A stretch of DNA of 64,000 nt from assembly GCA_964016885.1 (NCBI GenBank), contig OZ024763.1, positions 23,374,001-23,438,000 of the forward strand, in the 5' to 3' direction. Position numbers and translations under genes: made by a program. This DNA comes from Eledone cirrhosa (lineage: Eukaryota). Positions within the stretch are counted from its first letter, which is position 1. Every line of letters begins with the position of its first letter. Positions 24,017 through 34,184 of the stretch are shown here, one piece after another. The notes beneath the pieces are model-generated. The model did not search any database. It saw only the letters and a program-made list of their open reading frames with translations, and was not told where the DNA came from.

Positions 24017-27000
24017 CTACAGGCTGATATAGAGAGAAGACCCATTCACTCTGGCCATTCTCCCTACTTTCACCCACCTTTCATAAAACTTGCTGGGGTA
24101 GAGCACCTCTCTCTCCATTCTGATCCTTCTTTTAAAATGGTATTTGAAAAAGGGGACCAGTTGTTGGCCGGAGAGAAAGGTGTCTGACCTCAGCCCTTTC
24201 AGCCTCGTCCACCATACAACTTCTTTAGCCATGGCTACCACACAGAGAAAAACCGCCTCTCCTTCGTTTTTGAAAGGGGGAGGCGGTTTGATCGTGACAA
24301 TGGACTCGGTGGTCAACCGGATTGGTCCCACCCTCGACAGTAGTCGTTCCACATAGCCCCACAGGTCAGCAATGCCTGGGCAGTGTACGAATGCGTGCGC
24401 AACGGTTTCGTCATCATGCACGCATCTCGGACAGATCTTATTCAAAGGATCTCTACCCAGGCTCCCATGCCTGTGGAGCTTGTCTCGAACGGGTAGAGCC
24501 CCTCGGTAGCACTGCCAAGCCAGGGACTTTTGGAAGTTGTCCATCGGTCCAGGGCCAAACGTCCTACCGAACAGACTGGCCAGTTCATCTTCCTCCATGC
24601 CTAGAGCTTCTCCGAGAGCATCGTCGCACCTGCTGCGTACCAACCCTCTATAGAATGTCGAGGTGGAGTCTCCACTGATTGCCGGGTCCGCTTTCCAGAG
24701 GGCCGTGAGCGCCTGGGCACATTCAATGTGCCAGTCGCCCACTTTTCTCGGTCTTTGCTTGACCCAGGTTTGCAGCTCGGTGAGCGAGACGAGTCTGGGA
24801 AAGGCTCGCCTCACAAACGGGGCCCACACCGGTTGACCGGTGAGGAATACCTGGAGGTGCCGTAGCCTTAATGCGTGTTTACGCATCTGTAGCCACGGCA
24901 TCCCCAGCCCTCCTTTCGAAGGGTGTTGACAGCAGATGGATCTCCTCACCAAAGGGGTCCGCTTGTTCCAAAGAAATTGGAACAGCGCGCACTCCATTTT
25001 GGCGAGTCTTTTCACTGGGCAAGGCACGACGGTCAAGCGGTAGTAGATGACGGATGCTATATAAGTATTCGCCACCTCCGCTCGACCTTTCAGGGATAGT
25101 TTGCACTGGGCCCACTTCTGGGTGAGTGCAAACACCCTGGCCGTTACCTCGTTCCAGTTTTTCTCCACCTGGAGGTCTGGTCCGAACCAGACCCCAAGCA
25201 GCTTCACCGGGCCCTCCGTCCAGCGTCCGACGACGTCGTTGGAGGGCATCGGTTTGCCTCTCCATGTTCCGAGTTGCAAACCGACGGACTTGTCCCGGTT
25301 CAGCTTGGCTCCTGTAAACCTTTCATATTCCTCCAGTAAGGTGCCGATCTCACCGATTTGCGAGGTTTTCGACACCATTACTGTCACGTCATCGGCGTAG
25401 GCCGACGCCGCTTTCTGCAATCCCGGTTCCAAAGGGATGCCCTGCAACCGCTCCAACTTCCGCAGTAGTGGCTCAAGAGCCAGCACATACAGTAGGGAGG
25501 AGAGAGGGCATCCCTGTCGGATGGATCGCATGATTTGGAACGGCTCCGAGAGGTGGCCGTTCACCTTGACCCTTGAGCAGACGTTGCTGCTGTGCATCGC
25601 AGCAATCCAACCCCTGGAAACGGGTCCGAAGCCTGCCGCCGCGAGCACCGCATCCAGGTAACGATGGTCAACCCTATCGAAAGCTTTAGATTGATCCAAG
25701 TTGATCAGGGCCCCACCAAAGCCGGGTTCATTCCCTACCCTCTCTATGATGTATCGCATAAGGTGGAGATTGTCGTGAATGGACCTGGACGGGATTGCGC
25801 ATGTCTGCGCTTCTCCCACCAGGTTTCCAACGACAAGCGCCAACCTCTTCGCTAACACCTTGGCCAAAATCTTTAACTCTGTATTTAGCAGAGTTATGGG
25901 CCTGAAGTTACTTATGTCATCCCCCTTGTTCTCATCCTTCCTCACCAGCGTAACTACGCCCTTGGTCACAGAACTGGGAATTCTCCCGTTCTGCTGCCAG
26001 TTGCAGTAGACCGCTTCGAGGATATCGGAGAACAAGTCCGGCATCGCTACATATAGCTCGTATGGTAGACCATCGAGACCCGGGGATTTGCGTTTGCCGC
26101 ATTGGCTCAGCGCCGCCCCTATCTCAGCAGCTGAAATCGTCCTTTCGCAGGACTTCGCCTCCGCGTCCGAGAGGCGCGGCAGACCGTCGAGGTATGGATT
26201 GAAATCCATAGTCTCACCCGGCGCGCCGCCCCTCTCGAACAGTCGTGCAAAGTGCCGCTGAAAGGCCGCACACATCTGCCCAGGTTCAAGGATCACACGC
26301 CCATCCTGGTCCTTCAAAGACCGAATCGTGGACTTGTTCCCACTTTTTGCCTCTGTCACTCGGGCCCAGCTCACAGCTTTGGCTCCCTCATTACCCAGAG
26401 CACGTATTTTACTCCTGACAACGCAGCCTTCATGCTTCACCTCAAAGAACTGGTCTAAGGCCATTCTTGATGCCAGCACGCCGGCTACATTGCCACTCCT
26501 AATCGCCTCTTCTACTCTATCTACTAATTCCCTTTCCGTCTTGTTCCTATCCCTTGCTAATTTCTGACTAAAACCTATCGATTCTATTCTAATTGCTCTC
26601 TTAAGAGAGCTCCACCACCTGTTGTTGACAATTGCCCCTGTCAAACTCTGCTTAACTAACGTGCTAATCCGTTTACTGTAAGCTTTGCTTCTCGGTAAGG
26701 ACAAGTTCAGCTTCCAGTAACCGGGTCCCTGTCTATGGGTTCTATCAAGGTTGGCTATGCAGGTCACTAACTTGTGATCCGAATAGTCAACCATGAACAT
26801 TTTTGGACAGCTAAATGTGTCCCTATCGTTCTCTCTAACTAGGACCCTATCTAGGTACGACCTAGATGTTCCACTGCGATTGGTCCACGTCCATAGTGGT
26901 ACAGTCGGAAAATCTAGTCGATATCTATCGGCCAGGTCAAATCGGCCGATTAACCTTTTGAGGCTTTTACACCCCCCTCTATTGGCACATGCCCCTACAT

Positions 27001-27454
27001 AGTCCCAACGTGCATCCAGGATACCATTCCAGTCCCCCACTAAAAGCAAGGAGCGGGACGTTCCCAGAAAAGTTTCCAGACGTTGGAAGTATTCCGGCCG
27101 CGCTGCCCAAAAAGGGGCGTACACAGCTATTAGTCTAAGGGCTCCACTTTCACTACTGCCGACGTCTAAAACCACCAGTCGACCCTCCGGGTCCAGGTGC
27201 ACCTTCTGTATGGCGAGGCCCAGGTGTTTTCGCAGCAGAACGACAACTCCACCCCCACCCCCCGGTTGACAGAGAGATGCGAAGATCTCAAAGTCGTCGA
27301 AGAGGGGCGCCAGTTGGTGCTCGCTGCTGATCCTGGACTCGCAAATAGCCATTACATCCATTCTATGCGACCTGAGATCGTTTAAAAGTTTGCCTTGTTT
27401 CCAAGACAGTCCCAGGCCACGTACATTCAGACACCCAACTCTTATATCAGCCAT
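24017..27454 (-). CDS. ORF2: APE endonuclease, reverse transcriptase and C-terminal zinc finger (1145 aa)
   Basis: LNVRGL, ICESR, GDWN, YLDRVL, SDH (APE); KSPGLDG, FRPITLLN, DQSKAFDRV, QGCPLS, YADD (RT); CPRC..ETVAHAFVHC. Confidence 0.97.
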   Translation of the reverse strand: MADIRVGCLNVRGLGLSWKQGKLLNDLRSHRMDVMAICESRISSEHQLAPLFDDFEIFASLCQPGGGGGVVVLLRKHLGLAIQKVHLDPEGRLVVLDVGSSESGALRLIAVYAPFWAARPEYFQRLETFLGTSRSLLLVGDWNGILDARWDYVGACANRGGCKSLKRLIGRFDLADRYRLDFPTVPLWTWTNRSGTSRSYLDRVLVRENDRDTFSCPKMFMVDYSDHKLVTCIANLDRTHRQGPGYWKLNLSLPRSKAYSKRISTLVKQSLTGAIVNNRWWSSLKRAIRIESIGFSQKLARDRNKTERELVDRVEEAIRSGNVAGVLASRMALDQFFEVKHEGCVVRSKIRALGNEGAKAVSWARVTEAKSGNKSTIRSLKDQDGRVILEPGQMCAAFQRHFARLFERGGAPGETMDFNPYLDGLPRLSDAEAKSCERTISAAEIGAALSQCGKRKSPGLDGLPYELYVAMPDLFSDILEAVYCNWQQNGRIPSSVTKGVVTLVRKDENKGDDISNFRPITLLNTELKILAKVLAKRLALVVGNLVGEAQTCAIPSRSIHDNLHLMRYIIERVGNEPGFGGALINLDQSKAFDRVDHRYLDAVLAAAGFGPVSRGWIAAMHSSNVCSRVKVNGHLSEPFQIMRSIRQGCPLSSLLYVLALEPLLRKLERLQGIPLEPGLQKAASAYADDVTVMVSKTSQIGEIGTLLEEYERFTGAKLNRDKSVGLQLGTWRGKPMPSNDVVGRWTEGPVKLLGVWFGPDLQVEKNWNEVTARVFALTQKWAQCKLSLKGRAEVANTYIASVIYYRLTVVPCPVKRLAKMECALFQFLWNKRTPLVRRSICCQHPSKGGLGMPWLQMRKHALRLRHLQVFLTGQPVWAPFVRRAFPRLVSLTELQTWVKQRPRKVGDWHIECAQALTALWKADPAISGDSTSTFYRGLVRSRCDDALGEALGMEEDELASLFGRTFGPGPMDNFQKSLAWQCYRGALPVRDKLHRHGSLGRDPLNKICPRCVHDDETVAHAFVHCPGIADLWGYVERLLSRVGPIRLTTESIVTIKPPPPFKNEGEAVFLCVVAMAKEVVWWTRLKGLRSDTFLSGQQLVPFFKYHFKRRIRMEREVLYPSKFYERWVKVGRMARVNGSSLYISL

Positions 27455-27475
27455 GTTGGTTAAAAGAGGAAGGAC

Positions 27476-29218
27476 CTACCTGTTCGGCTCCTGAGGAGCA
27501 GGTTGCACAATATCCATGGGCGTATTGGAGGGGTTGTTTGGTGGGGTGTTGTTCTGTGGTGGAGTGGGGGTGTTTGGTGAGGTGTGGGTGGGGAAACGTT
27601 TCAAGAGGACGCGGTTATAGGGTCGAGTACATGTTTTCCCCACGTCCTCAGGAAAGTTCTCTCTTAGTTTTGCATAGGTGTCCATTGGGAGTCTTATCAT
27701 TTTTAAATGCGGTTTGTTGGCCGCGCTTGCAAAGAATTGTCCTTCAGTTTCCACCAAAGGGTCTTTGTGTATTGTTTTTACTAGTTCTTTGTTATTTGTG
27801 TTAATGTATGTATACTGTTTTATTTGTGTTGTGTTTGTTTGTTGTTCTTGTGTGTGCTTACGTTTTGTTGTATGTGTTATGTTTTGGGGTGGGGCGGATT
27901 TTGTTTGTTCTGTTTGTTTTGTTTTTGTTGGTGGTTGTGTGTTTGTTTCGTTTATGTTCGAGTGGTGCTTTCTTTTTTTCCTTTTTACAGGTTGGAAGGG
28001 TTCCTCCTCTTCGTCACTAGGTGCCGTTTCCGCTGGGTCCTCGTCCGTGCTGTCGGGTAGTGGTGTATTTTGGGGTTTTGTTGTATTTGTGTGTGTTTTG
28101 GGAGTTGTTTTGGGTGGGGCCGTGTCTTGTGTTATTTTTCCCTGTTGTTTTTGTTGTTGTTGTGGTGGTGGTGGTGGAGGTGGTGGTGGTGGTGGTGGTG
28201 GCGGTGGTGGTGTGTGGGGTGTAGGCAAAAGAGCCTTTTTTTTTGTCAATTGAGGACAAGCAGCCCTTAGATGACCCCTGCTTGAACAGTAGTAACATAT
28301 GGGCCTCCTACCCTCGGCTGAAATATATATAAATGTTTCTCCATCGAGGGACACCCTCTGTGGTATTCTAGCGATTCGTTCTGGTCTCATTTGGACCAGA
28401 ACCTCCACGCTCAAACCGCCGAAAACGTCTGTGGTGACTTCTCCTACTGAGAGGATTCCGTCCTCGTCTTCTAAAAACCCTGTTAGTACCCAGGAAATGC
28501 ATGCATTTGGCCGGATTCCGGAGACCCTTATCTTCTGCGTTCTTTTCCCTAAATATGTGGGGAAAAATGTATGTAGCTTGGAAACAATTGGTGCCACAGA
28601 GTATTTCCTGGCCGTCAATTGATCCTTCATTAGGACCGTTATATTCCCATAGAGTGGCCCTTTTTGTATGAACGATATATCACTCCACACATTTTTTAGG
28701 ACCAGCTCAATCTCTTTTTGGGATAATTGAGTTGGTTTCCTTGTTATGTTGGAAATTGTTCTGAAAGATATCGTTCTTAGCGTCGTGTCTCTTTTGATTT
28801 CTTGTGGGGAGGTGATTGTGAAGTCTCCTCCTTCTTTGAAAGTTACATACTGTTTCGCTTCCTTCATCTTTTCTCTCAGAGTTGTAATGTCCAGTTGCTT
28901 GCAGGTTTGTGTTTTCCGGACCGCCTGTGCAAAGGAGGTACCAGTAGTGGGTTCGCTTTGTTTGGTGTTATCGTTATTTTTTCCTTGGTTGGTGTTGTGA
29001 CTATTGCTGTTATTGTCGTTGTTGTTTTTGTCTGCGTTTATGTGACTTTCTGGGTTTTCACCCATTTTTTCAAATTTTTCTTTTAATTCCGTGTTCCATG
29101 TTTCTTTTGCAGAAGTCAGGAGGGAAGACTTAGAGCCTTGTGCTTCTAGCTTCTCTGTATCACCTTTCTTAGGGGGCGTGGCTTTCACGTTAGGATGAGA
29201 TGTGAAAATTCCGTCCAT
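27476..29218 (-). CDS. ORF1: gag-like nucleic-acid-binding protein with CCHC knuckle (580 aa from first ATG)
   Basis: CYYCSSRGHLRAAC = CX2CX4HX4C; SFAQAV motif; poly-Pro tract; basic KRKKRK. Confidence 0.9.
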   Translation of the reverse strand: MDGIFTSHPNVKATPPKKGDTEKLEAQGSKSSLLTSAKETWNTELKEKFEKMGENPESHINADKNNNDNNSNSHNTNQGKNNDNTKQSEPTTGTSFAQAVRKTQTCKQLDITTLREKMKEAKQYVTFKEGGDFTITSPQEIKRDTTLRTISFRTISNITRKPTQLSQKEIELVLKNVWSDISFIQKGPLYGNITVLMKDQLTARKYSVAPIVSKLHTFFPTYLGKRTQKIRVSGIRPNACISWVLTGFLEDEDGILSVGEVTTDVFGGLSVEVLVQMRPERIARIPQRVSLDGETFIYISAEGRRPICYYCSSRGHLRAACPQLTKKKALLPTPHTPPPPPPPPPPPPPPPPQQQQKQQGKITQDTAPPKTTPKTHTNTTKPQNTPLPDSTDEDPAETAPSDEEEEPFQPVKRKKRKHHSNINETNTQPPTKTKQTEQTKSAPPQNITHTTKRKHTQEQQTNTTQIKQYTYINTNNKELVKTIHKDPLVETEGQFFASAANKPHLKMIRLPMDTYAKLRENFPEDVGKTCTRPYNRVLLKRFPTHTSPNTPTPPQNNTPPNNPSNTPMDIVQPAPQEPNR

Positions 29219-30725
29219 TTCTATTAGTTTGCCGTAATAAATTTTTAACTGGAAAATTCGCCCCAAAAAGGGGCGAAAATAAATAAACTCAAAGTTTGAC
29301 GACCAAGGCAAGGGGTTAACGTATATTACAGTATAAAAAAATTAATCAAAACTCACTTTTTGAGTAAGTAAATCCGACTCGGTAGCCGAGCTTGTTCACA
29401 CACGTCAACACACGTCTCTCGTATACGAGATGTTATGTGAGATATTATGTGAGGTAAAGCCTTTACTGTGAAAATACAATAGTATATATAGAGTAATGTA
29501 AATGTTATGTGAGATATTATGTGAGGTACAGCCTTTACTGTGAAAATACAATAGTATATATAGAGTAATGTGAATGTTATGTGAGGTAAAGCCTTTACTG
29601 TGAAAATACAATAGTATATATAGAGTAATGTAAATGTTATGTGAGATATTATGTGAGGTAAAGCCTTTACTGTGAAAATACAATAGTATATATAGAGTAA
29701 TGTAAATGTTATGTGAGATATTATGTGAGGTAAAGCCTTTACTGTGAAAATACAATAGTATATATAGAGTAATGTAAATGTTATGTGAGATATTATGTGA
29801 GGTAAAGCCTTTACTGTGAAAATACAATAGTATATATAGAGTAATGTAAATGTTATGTGAGATATTATGTGAAGTAATTCCTTTACTGTGAAAATACAAT
29901 AGTATATATACAGTAATGTAAATGTTATGTGAGATATTATGTGAGGTAAAGCCTTTACTGTGAAAATACAATAGTATATATAGAGTAATGTGAATGTTAT
30001 GTGAGATATTATGTGAGGTAAAGCCTTTACTGTGAAAATACAATAGTATATATAGAGTAATGTGAATGTTATGTGAGATATTATGTGAGGTAAAGCCTTT
30101 ACTGTGAAAATACAATAGTACATATAGAGTAATGTGAATGTTATGTGAGATATTATGTGAGGTAAAGCCTTTACTGTGAAAATACAATAGTATATATAGA
30201 GTAATGTGAATGTTATGTGAGATATTATGTGAGGTAAAGCCTTTACTGTGAAAATACAATAGTATATATAGAGTAATGTGAATGTTATGAGATATTATGT
30301 GAGGTAAAGCCTTTACTGTGAAAATACAATAGTATATATAGAGTAATGTGAATGTTATGTGAGATATTATGTGAGGTAAAGCCTTTACTGTGAAAATACA
30401 ATAGTATATATAGAGTAATGTGAATGTTATGTGAGATATTATGTGAGGTAAAGCCTTTACTGTGAAAATACAATAGTATATATAGAGTGGTTTCTTTATT
30501 TGCCACTAGGGCACAAAAGGTAGGGACAGATACAAGGGGGGAAGTTTACATATAATTAACGAGTACAAAAATATAACAATGAAATAACAACAACAAACGA
30601 AGTCCTCAATAGGGAGGGGGCATTAACATGGGTCGCACACACCCCGGAAAAAATGTGTAACCCTTCTCCTCAGGAGCACAAAGAGTAGGTGCTTCCCTCG
30701 TCTCCTCTTTTTCCTCTTCTTTCAC

Positions 30726-33700
30726 CTACAGGCTGATATAGAGAGAAGACCCATTCACTCTGGCCATTCTCCCTACTTTCACCCACCTTTCATAAAACTT
30801 GCTGGGGTAGAGCACCTCTCTCTCCATTCTGATCCTTCTTTTAAAATGGTATTTGAAAAAGGGGACCAGTTGTTGGCCGGAGAGAAAGGTGTCTGACCTC
30901 AGCCCTTTCAGCCTCGTCCACCATACAACTTCTTTAGCCATGGCTATCACACAGAGAAAAACCGCCTCTCCTTCGTTTTTGAAAGGGGGAGGCGGTTTGA
31001 TCGTGACAATGGACTCGGTGGTCAACCGGATTGGTCCCACCCTCGACAGTAGTCGTTCCACATAGCCCCACAGGTCAGCAATGCCTGGGCAGTGTACGAA
31101 TGCGTGCGCAACGGTTTCGTCATCATGCACGCATCTCGGACAGATCTTATTCAAAGGATCTCTACCCAGGCTCCCATGCCTGTGGAGCTTGTCTCGAACG
31201 GGTAGAGCCCCTCGGTAGCACTGCCAAGCCAGGGACTTTTGGAAGTTGTCCATCGGTCCAGGGCCAAACGTCCTACCGAACAGACTGGCCAGTTCATCTT
31301 CCTCCATGCCTAGAGCTTCTCCGAGAGCATCGTCGCACCTGCTGCGTACCAACCCTCTATAGAATGTCGAGGTGGAGTCTCCACTGATTGCCGGGTCCGC
31401 TTTCCAGAGGGCCGTGAGCGCCTGGGCACATTCAATGTGCCAGTCGCCCACTTTTCTCGGTCTTTGCTTGACCCAGGATTGCAGCTCGGTGAGCGAGACG
31501 AGTCTGGGAAAGGCTCGCCTCACAAACGGGGCCCACACCGGTTGACCGGTGAGGAATACCTGGAGGTGCCGTAGCCTTAATGCGTGTTTACGCATCTGTA
31601 GCCACGGCATCCCCAGCCCTCCTTTCGAAGGGTGTTGACAGCAGATGGATCTCCTCACCAAAGGGGTCCGCTTGTTCCAAAGAAATTGGAACAGCGCGCA
31701 CTCCATTTTGGCGAGTCTTTTCACTGGGCAAGGCACGACGGTCAAGCGGTAGTAGATGACGGATGCTATATAAGTATTCGCCACCTCCGCTCGACCTTTC
31801 AGGGATAGTTTGCACTGGGCCCACTTCTGGGTGAGTGCAAACACCCTGGCCGTTACCTCGTTCCAGTTTTTCTCCACCTGGAGGTCTGGTCCGAACCAGA
31901 CCCCAAGCAGCTTCACCGGGCCCTCCGTCCAGCGTCCGACGACGTCGTTGGAGGGCATCGGTTTGCCTCTCCATGTTCCGAGTTGCAAACCGACGGACTT
32001 GTCCCGGTTCAGCTTGGCTCCTGTAAACCTTTCATATTCCTCCAGTAAGGTGCCGATCTCACCGATTTGCGAGGTTTTCGACACCATTACTGTCACGTCA
32101 TCGGCGTAGGCCGACGCCGCTTTCTGCAATCCCGGTTCCAAAGGGATGCCCTGCAACCGCTCCAACTTCCGCAGTAGTGGCTCAAGAGCCAGCACATACA
32201 GTAGGGAGGAGAGAGGGCATCCCTGTCGGATGGATCGCATGATTTGGAACGGCTCCGAGAGGTGGCCGTTCACCTTGACCCTTGAGCAGACGTTGCTGCT
32301 GTGCATCGCAGCAATCCAACCCCTGAAAACGGGTCCGAAGCCTGCCGCCGCGAGCACCGCATCCAGGTAACGATGGTCAACCCTATCGAAAGCTTTAGAT
32401 TGATCCAAGTTGATCAGGGCCCCACCAAAGCCGGGTTCATTCCCTACCCTCTCTATGATGTATCGCATAAGGTGGAGATTGTCGTGAATGGACCTGGATG
32501 GGATTGCGCATGTCTGCGCTTCTCCCACCAGGTTTCCAACGACAAGCGCCAACCTCTTCGCTAACACCTTGGCCAAAATCTTTAACTCTGTATTTAGCAG
32601 AGTTATGGGCCTGAAGTTACTTATGTCATCCCCCTTGTTCTCATCCTTCCTCACCAGCGTAACTACGCCCTTGGTCACAGAACTGGGAATTCTCCCGTTC
32701 TGCTGCCAGTTGCAGTAGACCGCTTCGAGGATATCGGAGAACAAGTCCGGCATCGCTACATATAGCTCGTATGGTAGACCATCGAGACCCGGGGATTTGC
32801 GTTTGCCGCATTGGCTCAGCGCCGCCCCTATCTCAGCAGCTGAAATCGTCCTTTCGCAGGACTTCGCCTCCGCGTCCGAGAGGCGCGGCAGACCGTCGAG
32901 GTATGGATTGAAATCCATAGTCTCACCCGGCGCGCCGCCCCTCTCGAACAGTCGTGCAAAGTGCCGCTGAAAGGCCGCACACATCTGCCCAGGTTCAAGG
33001 ATCACACGCCCATCCTGGTCCTTCAAAGACCGAATCGTGGACTTGTTCCCACTTTTTGCCTCTGTCACTCGGGCCCAGCTTACAGCTTTGGCTCCCTCAT
33101 TACCCAGAGCACGTATTTTACTCCTGACAACGCAGCCTTCATGCTTCACCTCAAAGAACTGGTCTAAGGCCATTCTTGATGCCAGCACGCCGGCTACATT
33201 GCCACTCCTAATCGCCTCTTCTACTCTATCTACTAATTCCCTTTCCGTCTTGTTCCTATCCCTTGCTAATTCCTGACTAAAACCTATCGATTCTATTCTA
33301 ATTGCTCTCTTAAGAGAGCTCCACCACCTGTTGTTGACAATTGCCCCTGTCAAACTCTGCTTGACTAACGTGCTAATCCGTTTACTGTAAGCTTTGCTTC
33401 TCGGTAAGGACAAGTTCAGCTTCCAGTAACCGGGTCCCTGTCTATGGGTTCTATCAAGGTTGGCTATGCAGGTCACTAACTTGTGATCCGAATAGTCAAC
33501 CATGAACATTTTTGGACAGCTAAATGTGTCCCTATCGTTCTCTCTAACTAGGACCCTATCTAGGTACGACCTAGATGTTCCACTGCGATTGGTCCACGTC
33601 CATAGTGGTACAGTCGGAAAATCTAGTCGATATCTATCGGCCAGGTCAAATCGGCCGATTAACCTTTTGAGGCTTTTACACCCCCCTCTATTGGCACATG

Positions 33701-34163
33701 CCCCTACATAGTCCCAACGTGCATCCAGGATACCATTCCAGTCCCCCACTAAAAGCAAGGAGCGGGACGTTCCCAGAAAAGTTTCCAGACGTTGGAAGTA
33801 TTCCGGCCGCGCTGCCCAAAAAGGGGCGTACACAGCTATTAGTCTAAGGGCTCCACTTTCACTACTGCCGACGTCTAAAACCACCAGTCGACCCTCCGGG
33901 TCCAGGTGCACCTTCTGTATGGCGAGGCCCAGGTGTTTTCGCAGCAGAACGACAACTCCACCCCCACCCCCCGGTTGACAGAGAGATGCGAAGATCTCAA
34001 AGTCGTCGAAGAGGGGCGCCAGTTGGTGCTCGCTGCTGATCCTGGACTCGCAAATAGCCATTACATCCATTCTATGCGACCTGAGATCGTTTAAAAGTTT
34101 GCCTTGTTTCCAAGACAGTCCCAGGCCACGTACATTCAGACACCCAACTCTTATATCAGCCAT
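30726..34163 (-). CDS. ORF2 of copy 2 (APE, RT, zinc finger; 1145 aa)
   Basis: Same motifs as copy 1; 4 amino-acid differences seen (K/E, S/F, T/S, V/I). Confidence 0.97.
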   Translation of the reverse strand: MADIRVGCLNVRGLGLSWKQGKLLNDLRSHRMDVMAICESRISSEHQLAPLFDDFEIFASLCQPGGGGGVVVLLRKHLGLAIQKVHLDPEGRLVVLDVGSSESGALRLIAVYAPFWAARPEYFQRLETFLGTSRSLLLVGDWNGILDARWDYVGACANRGGCKSLKRLIGRFDLADRYRLDFPTVPLWTWTNRSGTSRSYLDRVLVRENDRDTFSCPKMFMVDYSDHKLVTCIANLDRTHRQGPGYWKLNLSLPRSKAYSKRISTLVKQSLTGAIVNNRWWSSLKRAIRIESIGFSQELARDRNKTERELVDRVEEAIRSGNVAGVLASRMALDQFFEVKHEGCVVRSKIRALGNEGAKAVSWARVTEAKSGNKSTIRSLKDQDGRVILEPGQMCAAFQRHFARLFERGGAPGETMDFNPYLDGLPRLSDAEAKSCERTISAAEIGAALSQCGKRKSPGLDGLPYELYVAMPDLFSDILEAVYCNWQQNGRIPSSVTKGVVTLVRKDENKGDDISNFRPITLLNTELKILAKVLAKRLALVVGNLVGEAQTCAIPSRSIHDNLHLMRYIIERVGNEPGFGGALINLDQSKAFDRVDHRYLDAVLAAAGFGPVFRGWIAAMHSSNVCSRVKVNGHLSEPFQIMRSIRQGCPLSSLLYVLALEPLLRKLERLQGIPLEPGLQKAASAYADDVTVMVSKTSQIGEIGTLLEEYERFTGAKLNRDKSVGLQLGTWRGKPMPSNDVVGRWTEGPVKLLGVWFGPDLQVEKNWNEVTARVFALTQKWAQCKLSLKGRAEVANTYIASVIYYRLTVVPCPVKRLAKMECALFQFLWNKRTPLVRRSICCQHPSKGGLGMPWLQMRKHALRLRHLQVFLTGQPVWAPFVRRAFPRLVSLTELQSWVKQRPRKVGDWHIECAQALTALWKADPAISGDSTSTFYRGLVRSRCDDALGEALGMEEDELASLFGRTFGPGPMDNFQKSLAWQCYRGALPVRDKLHRHGSLGRDPLNKICPRCVHDDETVAHAFVHCPGIADLWGYVERLLSRVGPIRLTTESIVTIKPPPPFKNEGEAVFLCVIAMAKEVVWWTRLKGLRSDTFLSGQQLVPFFKYHFKRRIRMEREVLYPSKFYERWVKVGRMARVNGSSLYISL

Positions 34164-34184
34164 GTTGGTTAAAAGAGGAAGGAC

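Larger units (their letters stand above)
23780..29430 (-). mobile_element. Full-length L1/Tx1-clade non-LTR retrotransposon, copy 1
   Basis: Two intact ORFs with a 21-bp spacer; the 3' end reads AATAAAGAAACC; satellite units flank both sides. Confidence 0.95.

Noticed and set aside
24144-29086. Many + strand ORFs over the Tx1-like elements, and minus-strand ORFs over the RTE and terminal exon
   Set aside because: Antisense shadows of real coding frames.
29219-29311. N-terminal extension of ORF1 in the ORF track (likewise starts at 3702, 7906, 40028, 46517)
   Set aside because: ORF1 there starts at TTG and the first ATG is 29218; the host ORF starts are intronic read-through or non-ATG codons within exons.
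29353-30259. Long ORFs YFHSKGFTSHNISHNIYITLYILL (also 36451-37026, 42318-43238)
   Set aside because: Translations of the 72-bp satellite, whose length is a multiple of 3.
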